From: Eledone cirrhosa
Taxonomy: Eukaryota
NCBI GenBank assembly: GCA_964016885.1
Contig: OZ024752.1
Span: 13,206,001 to 13,270,000 of the forward strand
Length of the DNA stretch: 64,000 nt
Reading direction: 5' to 3'
Part shown: piece by piece, positions 39,073 to 53,045 of the stretch
How the letters are laid out: every line of letters begins with the position of its first letter
Position numbering within the stretch: the first letter of the stretch is position 1
The notes under the pieces: model-generated
Databases searched by the model: none
What the model was told of the DNA's origin: nothing
What the model saw: only the letters and a program-made list of their open reading frames with translations
Position numbers and translations under genes: made by a program

Positions 39073-41242
39073 TGCACATTTGATGAGTTGTAGTGCACCT
39101 CAACACTATGTACAATAATTTGCATTATTACTTGGCAGTATCGGTAGAAGGTCGGACGCCATGCTTTGTAGCATAGAGTTACGGCCCTTTATGATCTGAG
39201 TTCAAATCCTGCCGAGGTTAACTTTGCCTTTCATCCTTACGGGGTCGATAAAATAAAGTACCAGTCATGAACTGGTGTCGATTTTAATCGACTTTCTCCT
39301 CCCCCCAAATTGCTGGCCTTGTGCCTAAAGTAGAAACAATTATTATTATTATATCATATAGGGCGGTGGTTTGGCAGTATCGGCAGAGCGTCAGACACCA
39401 TGCTATGCAACATAGAGTTATAGCCCTTTACGGTCTGTGTTCAAATCCAGCCGAGGTTAAGTTTGCCTTTCATGCTTACAGGATCGATAAAATGAAATAC
39501 CAGTAATACACAGGGGTTATTGCTGGCCTTGTGCCAAAAATAGAAACATTATTATTATCATTATAATTAAGGAGTCGGACAACATGGTTCGCAGCATAGT
39601 TACGTCCCTTTACGATATGAGTTCAAATCCCGCCTAGGTTAGCTTTACCTTTCATACTTACGCAATTAATTACAAACTATAAAAGATACTAAAGAAAATT
39701 AATTGTCACAGGAATGCTACAACTTAACACAAATTTCACCGGAGATAGATTAGCAAAATTTAATAAGCGGCTGTGGGGGATCTGAAAAATTAATAAACGG
39801 AGGTGAAGGTCGATTATTTGAGATCTGAGAGTATAAGCTATAGCTTATATACATTTTGCATATAAAACATCTGCTAGCGATACCAATTTACATACAGTCT
39901 GATCTTGTTCAGCTATGATTAATTGCATAGCGTGTTTCAGAAACATTAGAACAGGGAATCCTCATAAATAATACTTAATGAAATTAGCTGAATTGCTTTT
40001 AGAAACAGACAAAGCTGGACAGATCAGTTTACCTCTTACACACACACACACACACACACACATACACACACATACACACATGTAAAGGGTAAACAGGAAT
40101 AATAACATAATCGGTACAGTATATGGAAGGAATATATATAATGTGTGTGTGTGTATATATATGTATATATGTGTGTCAGGTCACCAGTACAACCTGTCTC
40201 ATGGTCGGGTGTTTGGCGACTAAACTGGCAACCCCACCAAGGTTTCTTGGTGAGGAGGGTGACTTTGGACATCCTGCAGGACTAAAAACAAAACCTGTCA
40301 AAGGCCAAAGGAGCTCTTAAGAGTTATGGCCATCCAAATTCACCGGGAGAGATGACCCCTTAGCCTTTGTCAAGGCAGAATTCTAGGAGAAGGAAAACTC
40401 TGATATAACACCTGCAACCCTGATGGTATCCAATGATGTTGACTTGTTCTTCTTTTTGGTAAATATCATCTTGGTTAAGAGAGTGGGACTGGCTTTTTGC
40501 AGTGCCTTTGCTCACTATAAAAGCTTCACGGCACAGGCATTGCTTTATATCTGGAGATCTCTCTGCACTTGTCATCACATGGTACCATGGGCCCAGCATT
40601 ATGTGTTAATAATTGTCACAAGTGTAGTGTTTGTACCAGGGTTTTCAAGTCGCTGGCTGCCTAAAAAGTCACACTTGTTCAGCGCATCGGTAGGGGTTCT
40701 CCTACATGGATATAAAGTAGTGGCCGTACTCGAAAACGAGTTGGCAGCCACCATGTATGTATGTATGTCAGGTCACCAGTTGGTGCTACTGGTAACATGT
40801 ATCCCAGTACAACCTGTCCCATGGTCAGGTCGTTGGCGACTAATAGCAACCCCACCAAGGTTTCTTGGTGAGGAGGGTGACTTTTGATATCCTGCAGGAC
40901 TAAAAACAAAACCTGTCAAAGGGCAAATGAGCTCTTAAGCGTCAATGGCCATCCAAAATCACCGGGAGAGATGACCCCTTAGCCTTTGTCAAGGCAGAAT
41001 TTTAGGAGAAGGAAAACTCTGATATAATACCTGCAACCCTGATGGTATCCATGGGCCCAGCATTATGTGTCAATAATTGTCACAAGTGTAGTGTTTGTAC
41101 CAGGGTTTTCAAGTCGCTGGCTGGCTAAAAAGTCACACTTGTTCAGCGCATCGGTAGGGGTTCTCCTACATGGATATAAAGTAGTGGCCGTACTCGAAAA
41201 CGAGTTGGCAGCCACCATATGTGTGTGTATATATCTATATTT

Positions 41243-41273
<31 letters not shown>

Positions 41274-41442
41274 CATATATCTCTATACTTTATTTATATA
41301 CATCTCTCTCTCTCTCAAAACCACAAACCCTCCATCTCAATTCTACTTTTGAAAAACACAAGTACTGCGAAACCGATAAAGGAACCAAATAAATATCTAA
41401 AAAAAAAACGACTTCAGTTGCATTTTCGATTTCATCTTTGTT

Positions 41443-41445
<3 letters not shown>

Positions 41446-41523
<78 letters not shown>

Positions 41524-41566
41524 CATATATATATATACATATATATATTTACATATATATATATAC

Positions 41567-41645
<79 letters not shown>

Positions 41646-41700
41646 TTTACACACATATATATATATACATATATATATATATACATATATATTTACACAC

Positions 41701-41747
<47 letters not shown>

Positions 41748-41974
41748 CATATATATGCATATATATATATATGTATATACATATATATATATATACATAT
41801 ATATATATACATATATATGCATATATATATACATATACATATATATGCATATATATATACATATACATATATATATACATATATATATATACATATATAT
41901 ATATACATATATATATATACATATATATATACATATATATATATATACATATATATATACATATATATATATAC

Positions 41975-42025
<51 letters not shown>

Positions 42026-42026
42026 C

Positions 42027-42099
<73 letters not shown>

Positions 42100-42104
42100 T
42101 ATGC

Positions 42105-42137
<33 letters not shown>

Positions 42138-42139
42138 TA

Positions 42140-42179
<40 letters not shown>

Positions 42180-42181
42180 TA

Positions 42182-42229
<48 letters not shown>

Positions 42230-42377
42230 TATGCATATATATATATATATATATATACATATATATGCATATATATATATATACATATATATGCATATAT
42301 ATATATATATACATATATATGCATATATATATATATACATATATATGCATATATATATATATATATATACATATATA

Positions 42378-42425
<48 letters not shown>

Positions 42426-42436
42426 CATATATATGC

Positions 42437-42469
<33 letters not shown>

Positions 42470-42471
42470 TA

Positions 42472-42519
<48 letters not shown>

Positions 42520-42665
42520 CATATATATGCATATATATATATATACATATATATGCATATATATATATACATATATATATATACATATATATGCATATAT
42601 ATATATGCATATATATATATATACATATATATATATTATATACATATATATACATATATATATAT
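41446..42665. repeat. (TA)n microsatellite field; similar fields at 46834-47860, 48136-48865 and 63565-64000
   Basis: Direct inspection. Confidence 0.95.
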
Positions 42666-45600
42666 GAGTCCAGAATTAGCCGTCGAAACGGCTTGAGTTC
42701 AGCGGTCGGTTTTTTATCTTTAGAATTAAAGTTCGTTTTAGCCTATCTGCTTGTTTTTTGGTGAGTTGTAATCTTCTAACGTCGGTATTGATGGTGTTGG
42801 TGTAGATTCTAGAAGTGGTGCACAGTTTTATGAAGCGTAGTTGTCGAGATGTTATGGTTTTTCGTAGACAACAGAACATGGTGGTTTTCAGTATCTTGTT
42901 AGCCTGGCTAAGGCTTACGATATTTCGTTTCTGAATTTGTTTAGCAAGATTCTTTATCTGAAATCGTGTGTTGAAACCGATATTGTTATACTTTGGGAGG
43001 GTCATGTTGCCAATAAGAAACACACGCACCAGTTGCTTTCACTTCAATTTATTATATATTTATAAATTTATAAATCTACAAACTTATAAATTTCTGGTTG
43101 GTTGGTTCCACAACCAGATAGTTGTTTATATATATAGTCATAGTCGTTTCGTCACACACTCTGTGACCTCTTCAGTGACTGGGGATTCCTTTCTTCGTTT
43201 CTGTGCCTTTCCTTTCTTCTATCCTACGCCATTTTGTTTCTGTGTCTGTGTTGTGTGCTCAGTTTGCGCATGCGCCACATCCGGGTGTCTGTGTGTGTTC
43301 ATTTTTCTATTTTTCTATTTATATTTTTCTATTTGTTTATTTATTTATTTATTTATTTATTGTTGGTTGGTTGTTTGTTCTATGTGTGTGTGTGTTTTCA
43401 TTTTGTCCTGTGTGTGTTTTCATTTTGTGTGTGTTTTCAATTGTAAGTTGTATGTTCTATGTGTGTGTGTGTTTTCATTTTGTCCTTAATTGTAGGTTGT
43501 GATGTTGCTGTTCCACTCATATTTTCTATTTAATTTTGGTTTTAATTCTTTTATGCTTACTGCCTCTGTAATTTGCCTAGACATTGCGTCTTTTCTGTGT
43601 GTGGATTCTATTTTTATTTCTATGCTCTCTAATCTACCCCTGTGTTCTATCTTAGCATGTTGGTAGAGCACAGATGATTCTTTATTATCTTGGAGGTCTC
43701 GCCAGTGTTCATTTATTCGTTCCCCTATACTACGAGCTGTCTCACCTATGTACACTATATTTTTGTTTCTACATTGTCCTTCAGTACATCTTATGCTATA
43801 CACTACATTTCTAGTTTTACAGTTAATATGGGGGCTTATTTTATAGGTTATACATTTCTTATCTATACATGAGGGTCTTTGGAATGGGTATGTCTTGCTA
43901 ATAAGTGTTTTTACGGAGGTACCAGGTCTTTCTACTATCTTAATATTGAGATTATGTTTATTTTTATTTATTTATTTAGGGCCCTTCTAAATTTGTAGGC
44001 TAGTTCGCCTCTAGGGTTGTATTGATGAACATTACACTCTGGTATTTATTGCTATCATACCATGAGTTTATTCTATTGGCCTTGTTCCTAGTTCTTTCTA
44101 TTCTATTCCAAAATTTGCTCCTATACAAGGGGCAGGTCCCATTTATGTCATTATTTACCATTTTTTCCCATTTGGTTCTGGCTCCTTTATACACTCTGAT
44201 TCTATCTCTCTGATTATAGCCAGAGAACAGCATACGGTGGATGAAGTGTTGTATGTGTCTCTCTAGTTCTTCGGGGTTGCACATGCGGGACACATTTCTC
44301 ATCACCCGTACCAAATCCGCAATCAGTATGTTGATTTTGGTATGGTCCGAAATAGCCGAGTTTCGGTGGATCAGATGTTTGGAAGTCATGGGTTTGGCAT
44401 AATGGGAATGGAGAATTTGGTTTTGGTTGTTAATGGTATCTAACCAGAGCTCTGTGTCTAGTACAGGTAATCGATGGTTGGGGTGTCTACTTGGGTAGTC
44501 TATAGTAACTCTAATGCTCTGGTGGATGGAGTTTGCTATTTGCTGGATGCTTTCCATTGTGTTTTTCTCTAGTTCCTGACTGTTCTTTAGTGGGGGTGTC
44601 TTAACTACGATGTTTATATCATCTATGTAGCGGGAGTACATTATCAGGGTTAAGCTGTCTTCTAATTGTTCATTAAGTTTTTGTTTAAGTCTACTGTCCC
44701 ACCATACCATGAATAAGTTAGCTATGTCGCCTGCAATGCTAACACCAATGGCTGCTCCTTCCTCTTGCGCATATGTTTTACCATTAAATTTGAACATATG
44801 TTCCTTAAGGGTTAATTTTATGCTGGCCCCTACCGCATGTGCAATCATTTTCTTCAGTTCATCGTGGTTTTCGGGTGTCCGTATGGCTCTGGTCCACCCG
44901 TTCCATCTATCTGTGTGGGTTTTCTTGGCCATTGAGGTAATGGTAGGTGGTCTGCCTCTTGCTGGTCTTGTAGGGCACAGGTTGCTAAGGTCATAAGTGT
45001 CTAGGTAACTATTACTATGGGTAAGCTTAAGTAGAAGTTCCAGCTCACTGGTATCAATCCCACGGAACTCAACCTTGCTCTCGCTGATCATTTCTACGCA
45101 TTTCTCCACAGCAAAATCCACGTCAATAGATGGATACAGGGACACAACATCCATACTGCCTATTATGCAGTTTGTTAGGTCCCCAGATCGGTTACCCGCG
45201 CCGATTCTGCTGAGGAGGTCCTCCGTGCTGTCACACACATCTGGGGACATCTCAATGATGGGGCGTATGATCAGGGAGAGGAAGTAGGACAGTCTGTAGT
45301 TACTAGCAATGTTAGCCCCACAGACTGGCCGTGTTGGTGGTCCCGCGACAGGGTCCCAGCCCGTTTTATGGCCTTTTCGAAGCCCATACAACGCCGGCAC
45401 GTCATTGTTCCAGGCCTGGAAGTTGTTGGCAGTCCTTTTGTTGGGCTGCATTATATTCGTCCACATCACCATATGGGCATTGAGGGCTTTTTCTCTATCC
45501 TCATGCTCCTGTGGTGTTACCTCTCTTGTGTTGGTGATGTGGGGTTGCATTGCCTGGATGTAGTTTGGCAGGTTGTCAACCGACATTCTGCCAGACTTGT

Positions 45601-45807
45601 CTGTTGGAAAACATGCTATCTCTCCATTACGCGAGCGCTGCATGAGCTTACGCAAGCCATTTGCAGATTCTTCTCCCAGTTGCTGGGCCTCTATTCTATT
45701 ATGCTTCTTGCTATACTGTTCTATAATATTTCTAAGTTCGGATTTAGCTATACTAAATTGTGCTTCTGTTTGTTCATCGACCTGCGACGGCAACTGCGTG
45801 CGTTTGT
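42666..45807 (-). mobile_element. Penelope-like retroelement (RT + Cys-rich linker + GIY-YIG), 5'-truncated and frameshifted
   Basis: ORF 44000-45793 has PTDKSG, PPTRPVC, SMDVVSLYPSI, QEEGAAIG, YIDD and LPVLD motifs. 43486-43803 has VYSIRC..C..IVYIGETARSIGERINEH...EAVSI...PKLN. Confidence 0.92.
43136..43180 (-). ncRNA. Type I hammerhead ribozyme in the PLE 3' region
   Basis: AGTCA-CTGAAGA-G-GTCACA-gagtg-TGTGAC-GAAA-cgac-TA-TGACT, with perfect 5-bp stem I and 6-bp stem II. Confidence 0.8.
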
Positions 45808-47064
<1,257 letters not shown>

Positions 47065-47073
47065 CATATATAC

Positions 47074-47382
<309 letters not shown>

Positions 47383-47485
47383 CATACATATATATATATA
47401 TATACATACATATATATATATATACATATATATATACATATATATATATATACATACATATATATATATACATACATATATATAT

Positions 47486-47530
<45 letters not shown>

Positions 47531-47592
47531 TATGTATATATATACATGTATATATATATATATATACATGTATATATATATATATATACCTG

Positions 47593-47624
<32 letters not shown>

Positions 47625-47704
47625 CATGTATATATATACATATATATATGTATAAACATGTATATATATATATATATACATGTATATATATATATATATA
47701 CCTG

Positions 47705-47736
<32 letters not shown>

Positions 47737-48045
47737 CATGTATATATATACATATATATATGTATAAACATATATATATATATATGTATAAACATATATA
47801 TATATATATGTGTATAAACATATATATATATATTTATACATATATATATGTATATATATAATAATAAAGTATATATCCCTACACGCAAACAGCGTCTAGG
47901 GACACATGTATTGTCCAACCATATGCCAATGTGGTGCATTGGCAGGTTAATAAATTAACGAGCCAGAACATATATAATCAAGGTTTAGCAAATAAGAAAA
48001 AGTTTCAAAATAAAATAAAAAAAATTCACTGTACTCACTATGGTT

Positions 48046-48132
48046 ACCTTTACCGAATCGGTTTCGAGTCTCAAAAATAAATGGATAGTCCTTGCGGCCT
48101 TCCATTGATAAGATAAACTCTCGTCAGAAGGT
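48046..48132 (-). ncRNA. Type I hammerhead ribozyme with complete stems
   Basis: ACCTT-CTGACGA-GAGTTT...(long stem II)...AGACTC-GAAA-CCG-att-CGG-TA-AAGGT. Confidence 0.82.
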
Positions 48133-48232
48133 TCTATGTATATATATATACATATATATATGTACATATATATATACATATATATATATGTATATATATA
48201 TATGTATATATATATATGTATATATATATATG

Positions 48233-48280
<48 letters not shown>

Positions 48281-48318
48281 CGTATATATATATGTATATA
48301 TATAAGTATATATATATG

Positions 48319-48363
<45 letters not shown>

Positions 48364-48420
48364 GTATATATATATGTATATACATATATATATACTTATA
48401 TATATACATATATATATACG

Positions 48421-48451
<31 letters not shown>

Positions 48452-48472
48452 GTATATATATATGTATATATA

Positions 48473-48505
<33 letters not shown>

Positions 48506-48551
48506 ATATATATACATATATATATATATATACACACATATATATATATAC

Positions 48552-48630
<79 letters not shown>

Positions 48631-48687
48631 CATATATATATACATATATATATATACATATATATATATATACATATATATATATAC

Positions 48688-48718
<31 letters not shown>

Positions 48719-48864
48719 CATATATACATATATATATATATACATATATACATATATATATATATACATATATACATATGTATATATATACATATATATA
48801 TATATACATAAATATATATACATATATATACATAAATATATATACATATATATATATACATATA

Positions 48865-51800
48865 TACAATATTAAATAAATGGAAACTATATTTATAAAA
48901 CCATATTTATTTCATTATATATATTTCAGGGATATCATATTAACAATATGCTATGCCTTCCTCAGACAAAATACAATATAAACAGTTTTATAGATAAATA
49001 GATTCGACATACCGTAACAACATCGACTTGCATTTGAAGAGGTTGATTTGGCAGTGAAAAAATTGTACACAGAGAGAAAGAAAGAGGGAAAAAAGAAAGA
49101 AAGACAGAAAACGAAGAAAAGGAAGAAAAAGAAGAAATGCATTGAACAAAATAGAGAGATGGAAAGATAGATAAAGAGAAGAACTTCATGTAAAGAAACA
49201 GAAAGATATATATATATATAGAGAGAGAGGAAATAGAGATAGATACATATATATATAGAAAATTAGGTAGTGGGAGGTCTGTTGAGTAAATGTATCAATG
49301 ATACATTATTTATTTATTTATTTTGCTCTAGTATTAATGTAAGGGAGATATATATATATAGAAAAAAATATATATAGAGAAAAAATATAGCGAGAGAAAA
49401 AATTTAAAAATAACCAGATATATGCGAGGCGTAAAAACCCTATGTTTTAACGTAGAGGTATTAGTATTTATAAAACATCCACTATATTGTAAATATCAGT
49501 ATTCCTGAATGAGACAAGTATCCATAGTGTGTGAAAATTAATGATCTTATGTTTAGTTTTTTAAAAAATTCATATGTTTATGTGATAGCTACAAACATCC
49601 ATGTGAATCTACATGATCAACTCTGCAAACCCTAAGTTCACGGAAAACATTCTCAATGTGGTATAAAAATTTGAGTATACATATATGTGTATTATTATTC
49701 CTGTCTTTACTCTACAAGATTATCTATCAAGCAGAAATAGAGAGCAGATTTCAATATACTAATAAAAATATATATCAGAAACAAAACTAAAAAATAAAAA
49801 ATAAAATAATAAAAAATAAAAAATAACAATAATAATAATAAGTAATAATAAAATAGAAAACTAAAAAAATATTACGAAAGAATATTACATATTAAAAATA
49901 TTACATATTAAAAATTTACATATTAAAAATATTAAAAATAAAAATATTAGAAAATACTACCATAATAAAAAATAAAAATAAACCACAAAGATCAACCCTT
50001 CAAAATTAATTGACAATATATTGCCAAGTTCATTATAAGCATCAGAGTCGAAAAACAGATAAAGCACAAAAAATTATCTATCAAATCACATCTAGCAAAG
50101 ATCATTTCAAAAAGTATTAGGATGCCTAATTTGGTCTACATGTGTTCTTTTATTTAATATAGAAGTTTATCTAGTGTAACGTTTATTCGAAATATTTGGA
50201 GCATCAGCTTTTAGGGTAGCTTAATTTTTCATGAGGAATGTTTAAATAAAAATAAAATAAAAATAAAAAATAAAAAATAAAAAAAGAATAAAAAGAAGGA
50301 ATCAAAGATTTATCGGCTAGTTTCTCATATAAATATAAATCAAACTAAATATACTACATTTTAAATTTAAATTTATATTTAAACGTTGAGTTTAATCTAT
50401 GTTTGCAACAACTGAATAAATTTGTCCGTAGATTAAGGGAATTTTTAGATTTTAGTATAAAGAATATCTATAATGAAGCATTAGCTAGAGCAGGATATGC
50501 TGATAAGATTGTGTACATAGATAATGATAGACAAACTAAACAAAGTAACAACTTTTTTAATTACGGCAACAACCTTAACAACTATAATAGAAAACATTAC
50601 AATAATTCCAAAGGCCAAAAAAGAAATAGAACTAGGAACATAATTTGGTTTGCCCCCCTTTCTCACTAAACATTAAAACCCACATCGCTAAACTACTTTT
50701 CAAAGCTCTTGATAATCGCTTCCCTAGAACACATAGGTATCACTCAATTTTCAATAGACATACAATAAAATTAACCTACTCATGCACCAAAAATTTAGCA
50801 CAAAATATTAATAGAATAAATAATAGGAACTTAAAACCTAGTGATAATAGCATAAATAATATACAGGTTAACAAATGTAACTGTAGAGATAGATCTAAAT
50901 GTCCGTTAAATAACAACTGCTTAGTTAAAAATATAGTATACAATTGTAATGTTAATACTGACTCTAATTCTTTTAACTACGTCGGTTCCACATCGACGGA
51001 ATTTAAACTTCGCTATAATAACCACAAGAATTCTTTCACAGATCCAAGCAAAAAATCTTCAACGGCACTATCAGGCGTACTCTGGCAACTTAAGCTAGAT
51101 AACGTTAGATATTCGACGGCTTGGAATATAGTCTCAAGAGGGATTCCTTTTAATTCATCCTCTGAGACACGTGACCTCTGCGCAGAGGAGATATTCTTTA
51201 TACTAAAATCTAAAAATTCCCTTAATCTACGGACAAATTTATTCAGTTGTTGCAAACATAGATTAAACTCAACGTTTAAATATAAATTTAAATTTAAAAT
51301 GTAGTATATTTAGTTTGATTTATATTTATATGGGAAACTAGCCGATAAATCTTTGATTCCTTCTTTTTATTCTTTTTTTATTTTTTATTTTTTATTTTAA
51401 TTTTATTTTTATTTAAACATTCCTCATGAAAAATTAAGCTACCCTAAAAGCTGATGTTCCAAATATTTCGAATAAACGTTACACTAGATAAACTTCTATA
51501 TTAAATATAAGAACACATGTAGACCAAATTGGGCATCCTAATACTTTTTGAAATGATCTTTGCTAGATGTGATTTGATAGATAATTTTTTGTGCTTTATC
51601 TGTTTTTCGACTCTGATGCTTATAATGAACTTGGCAATATATTGTCAATTAATTTTGAAGGGTTGATCTTTGTGGTTTATTTTTATTTTTTATTATGGTA
51701 GTATTTTCTAATATTTTTATTTTTAATATTTTTAATATGTAAATTTTTAATATGTAATATTTTTAATATGTAATATTCTTTCGTAATATTTTTTTAGTTT

Positions 51801-52333
51801 TCTATTTTATTATTACTTATTATTATTATTGTTATTTTTTATTTTTTATTATTTTATTTTTTATTTTTTAGTTTTGTTTCTGATATATATTTTTATTAGT
51901 ATATTGAAATCTGCTCTCTATTTCTGCTTGATAGATAATCTTGTAGAGTAAAGACAGGAATAATAATACACATATATGTATACTCAAATTTTTATACCAC
52001 ATTGAGAATGTTTTCCGTGAACTTAGGGTTTGCAGAGTTGATCATGTAGATTCACATGGATGTTTGTAGCTATCACATAAACATATGAATTTTTTAAAAA
52101 ACTAAACATAAGATCATTAATTTTCACACACTATGGATACTTGTCTCATTCAGGAATACTGATATTTACAATATAGTGGATGTTTTATAAATACTAATAC
52201 CTCTACGTTAAAACATAGGGTTTTTACGCCTCGCATATATCTGGTTATTTTTAAATTTTTTCTCTCGCTATATTTTTTCTCTCTCTATATTTTTTTCTCT
52301 CTCTATATATCTCCCTTACATTAATACTAGAGC

Positions 52334-52364
<31 letters not shown>

Positions 52365-52894
52365 ATGTATCATTGATACATTTACTCAACAGACCTCCCA
52401 CTACCTAATTTTCTATATATATATGTATCTATCTCTATTTCCTCTCTCTCTATATATATATATCTCTTTCTGTTTCTTTACATGAAGTTCTTCTCTTTAT
52501 CTATCTTTCCATCTCTCTATTTTGTTCAATGCATTTCTTCTTTTTCTTCCTTTTCTTCGTTTTCTGTCTTTCTTTCTTTTTTCTCTCTTTCTTTCTCTCT
52601 GTGTACAATTTTTTCACTGCCAAATCAACCTCTTCAAATGCAAGTCGATGTTGTTACGGTATGTCGAATCTATTTATCTATAAAACTGTTTATATTGTAT
52701 TTTGTCTGAGGAAGGCATAGCATATTGTTAATATGATATCCCTGAAATATATATAATGAAATAAATATGGTTTTATAAATATAGTTTCCATTTATTTAAT
52801 ATTGTAAATATACTCCAAATATTTGTCGAGTGCTTTTATATCAGTTATAAATATTTACTAGTTGTAACCCAACAATTTTAAATATAACTTTCCA
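48865..52894 (+). mobile_element. Third PLE family (Neptune-like Cys linker), 5'-truncated, with a 1.6-kb inverted repeat
   Basis: 50470-51304: YNEALARAGY...RNIIWF/PPFSLNIKT...CNCRDRSKCPLNNNCL..IVY.C..YVGST..FKLRYNNH (GIY-YIG). 48865-50469 is the reverse complement of 51189-52806. Confidence 0.9.
52698..52763 (+). ncRNA. Minimal type I hammerhead; mirror copy on the minus strand at about 48908-48973
   Basis: TATTTTGT-CTGAGGA-AGG..CATATT-gtt-AATATG..CCT-GAAA-TATATA-TA-ATGAAATA, with a palindromic stem III. Confidence 0.75.
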
Positions 52895-52901
52895 TATATA
52901 C

Positions 52902-52932
<31 letters not shown>

Positions 52933-53045
52933 CATATATATATATGTATATGTATATATATATACATATATATATATGTATATATATATATTTATATACT
53001 TGCAGACGTATTTAATTGATTTAATAGAGTTGCACCATTCAACAT

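Noticed and set aside
36346-39118. 881-aa repetitive ORF, or a CRISPR-like array
   Set aside because: A pure 19-bp tandem repeat without spacers, derived from a CR1 UTR and open in all three frames by chance.
40340-40420. HDV-like ribozyme in the GAGTTTTCCTTCTCCTAG...GCC...GGCTAA motif
   Set aside because: I could not build consistent P1/P2/P3 helices by eye; left as an unknown structured element.
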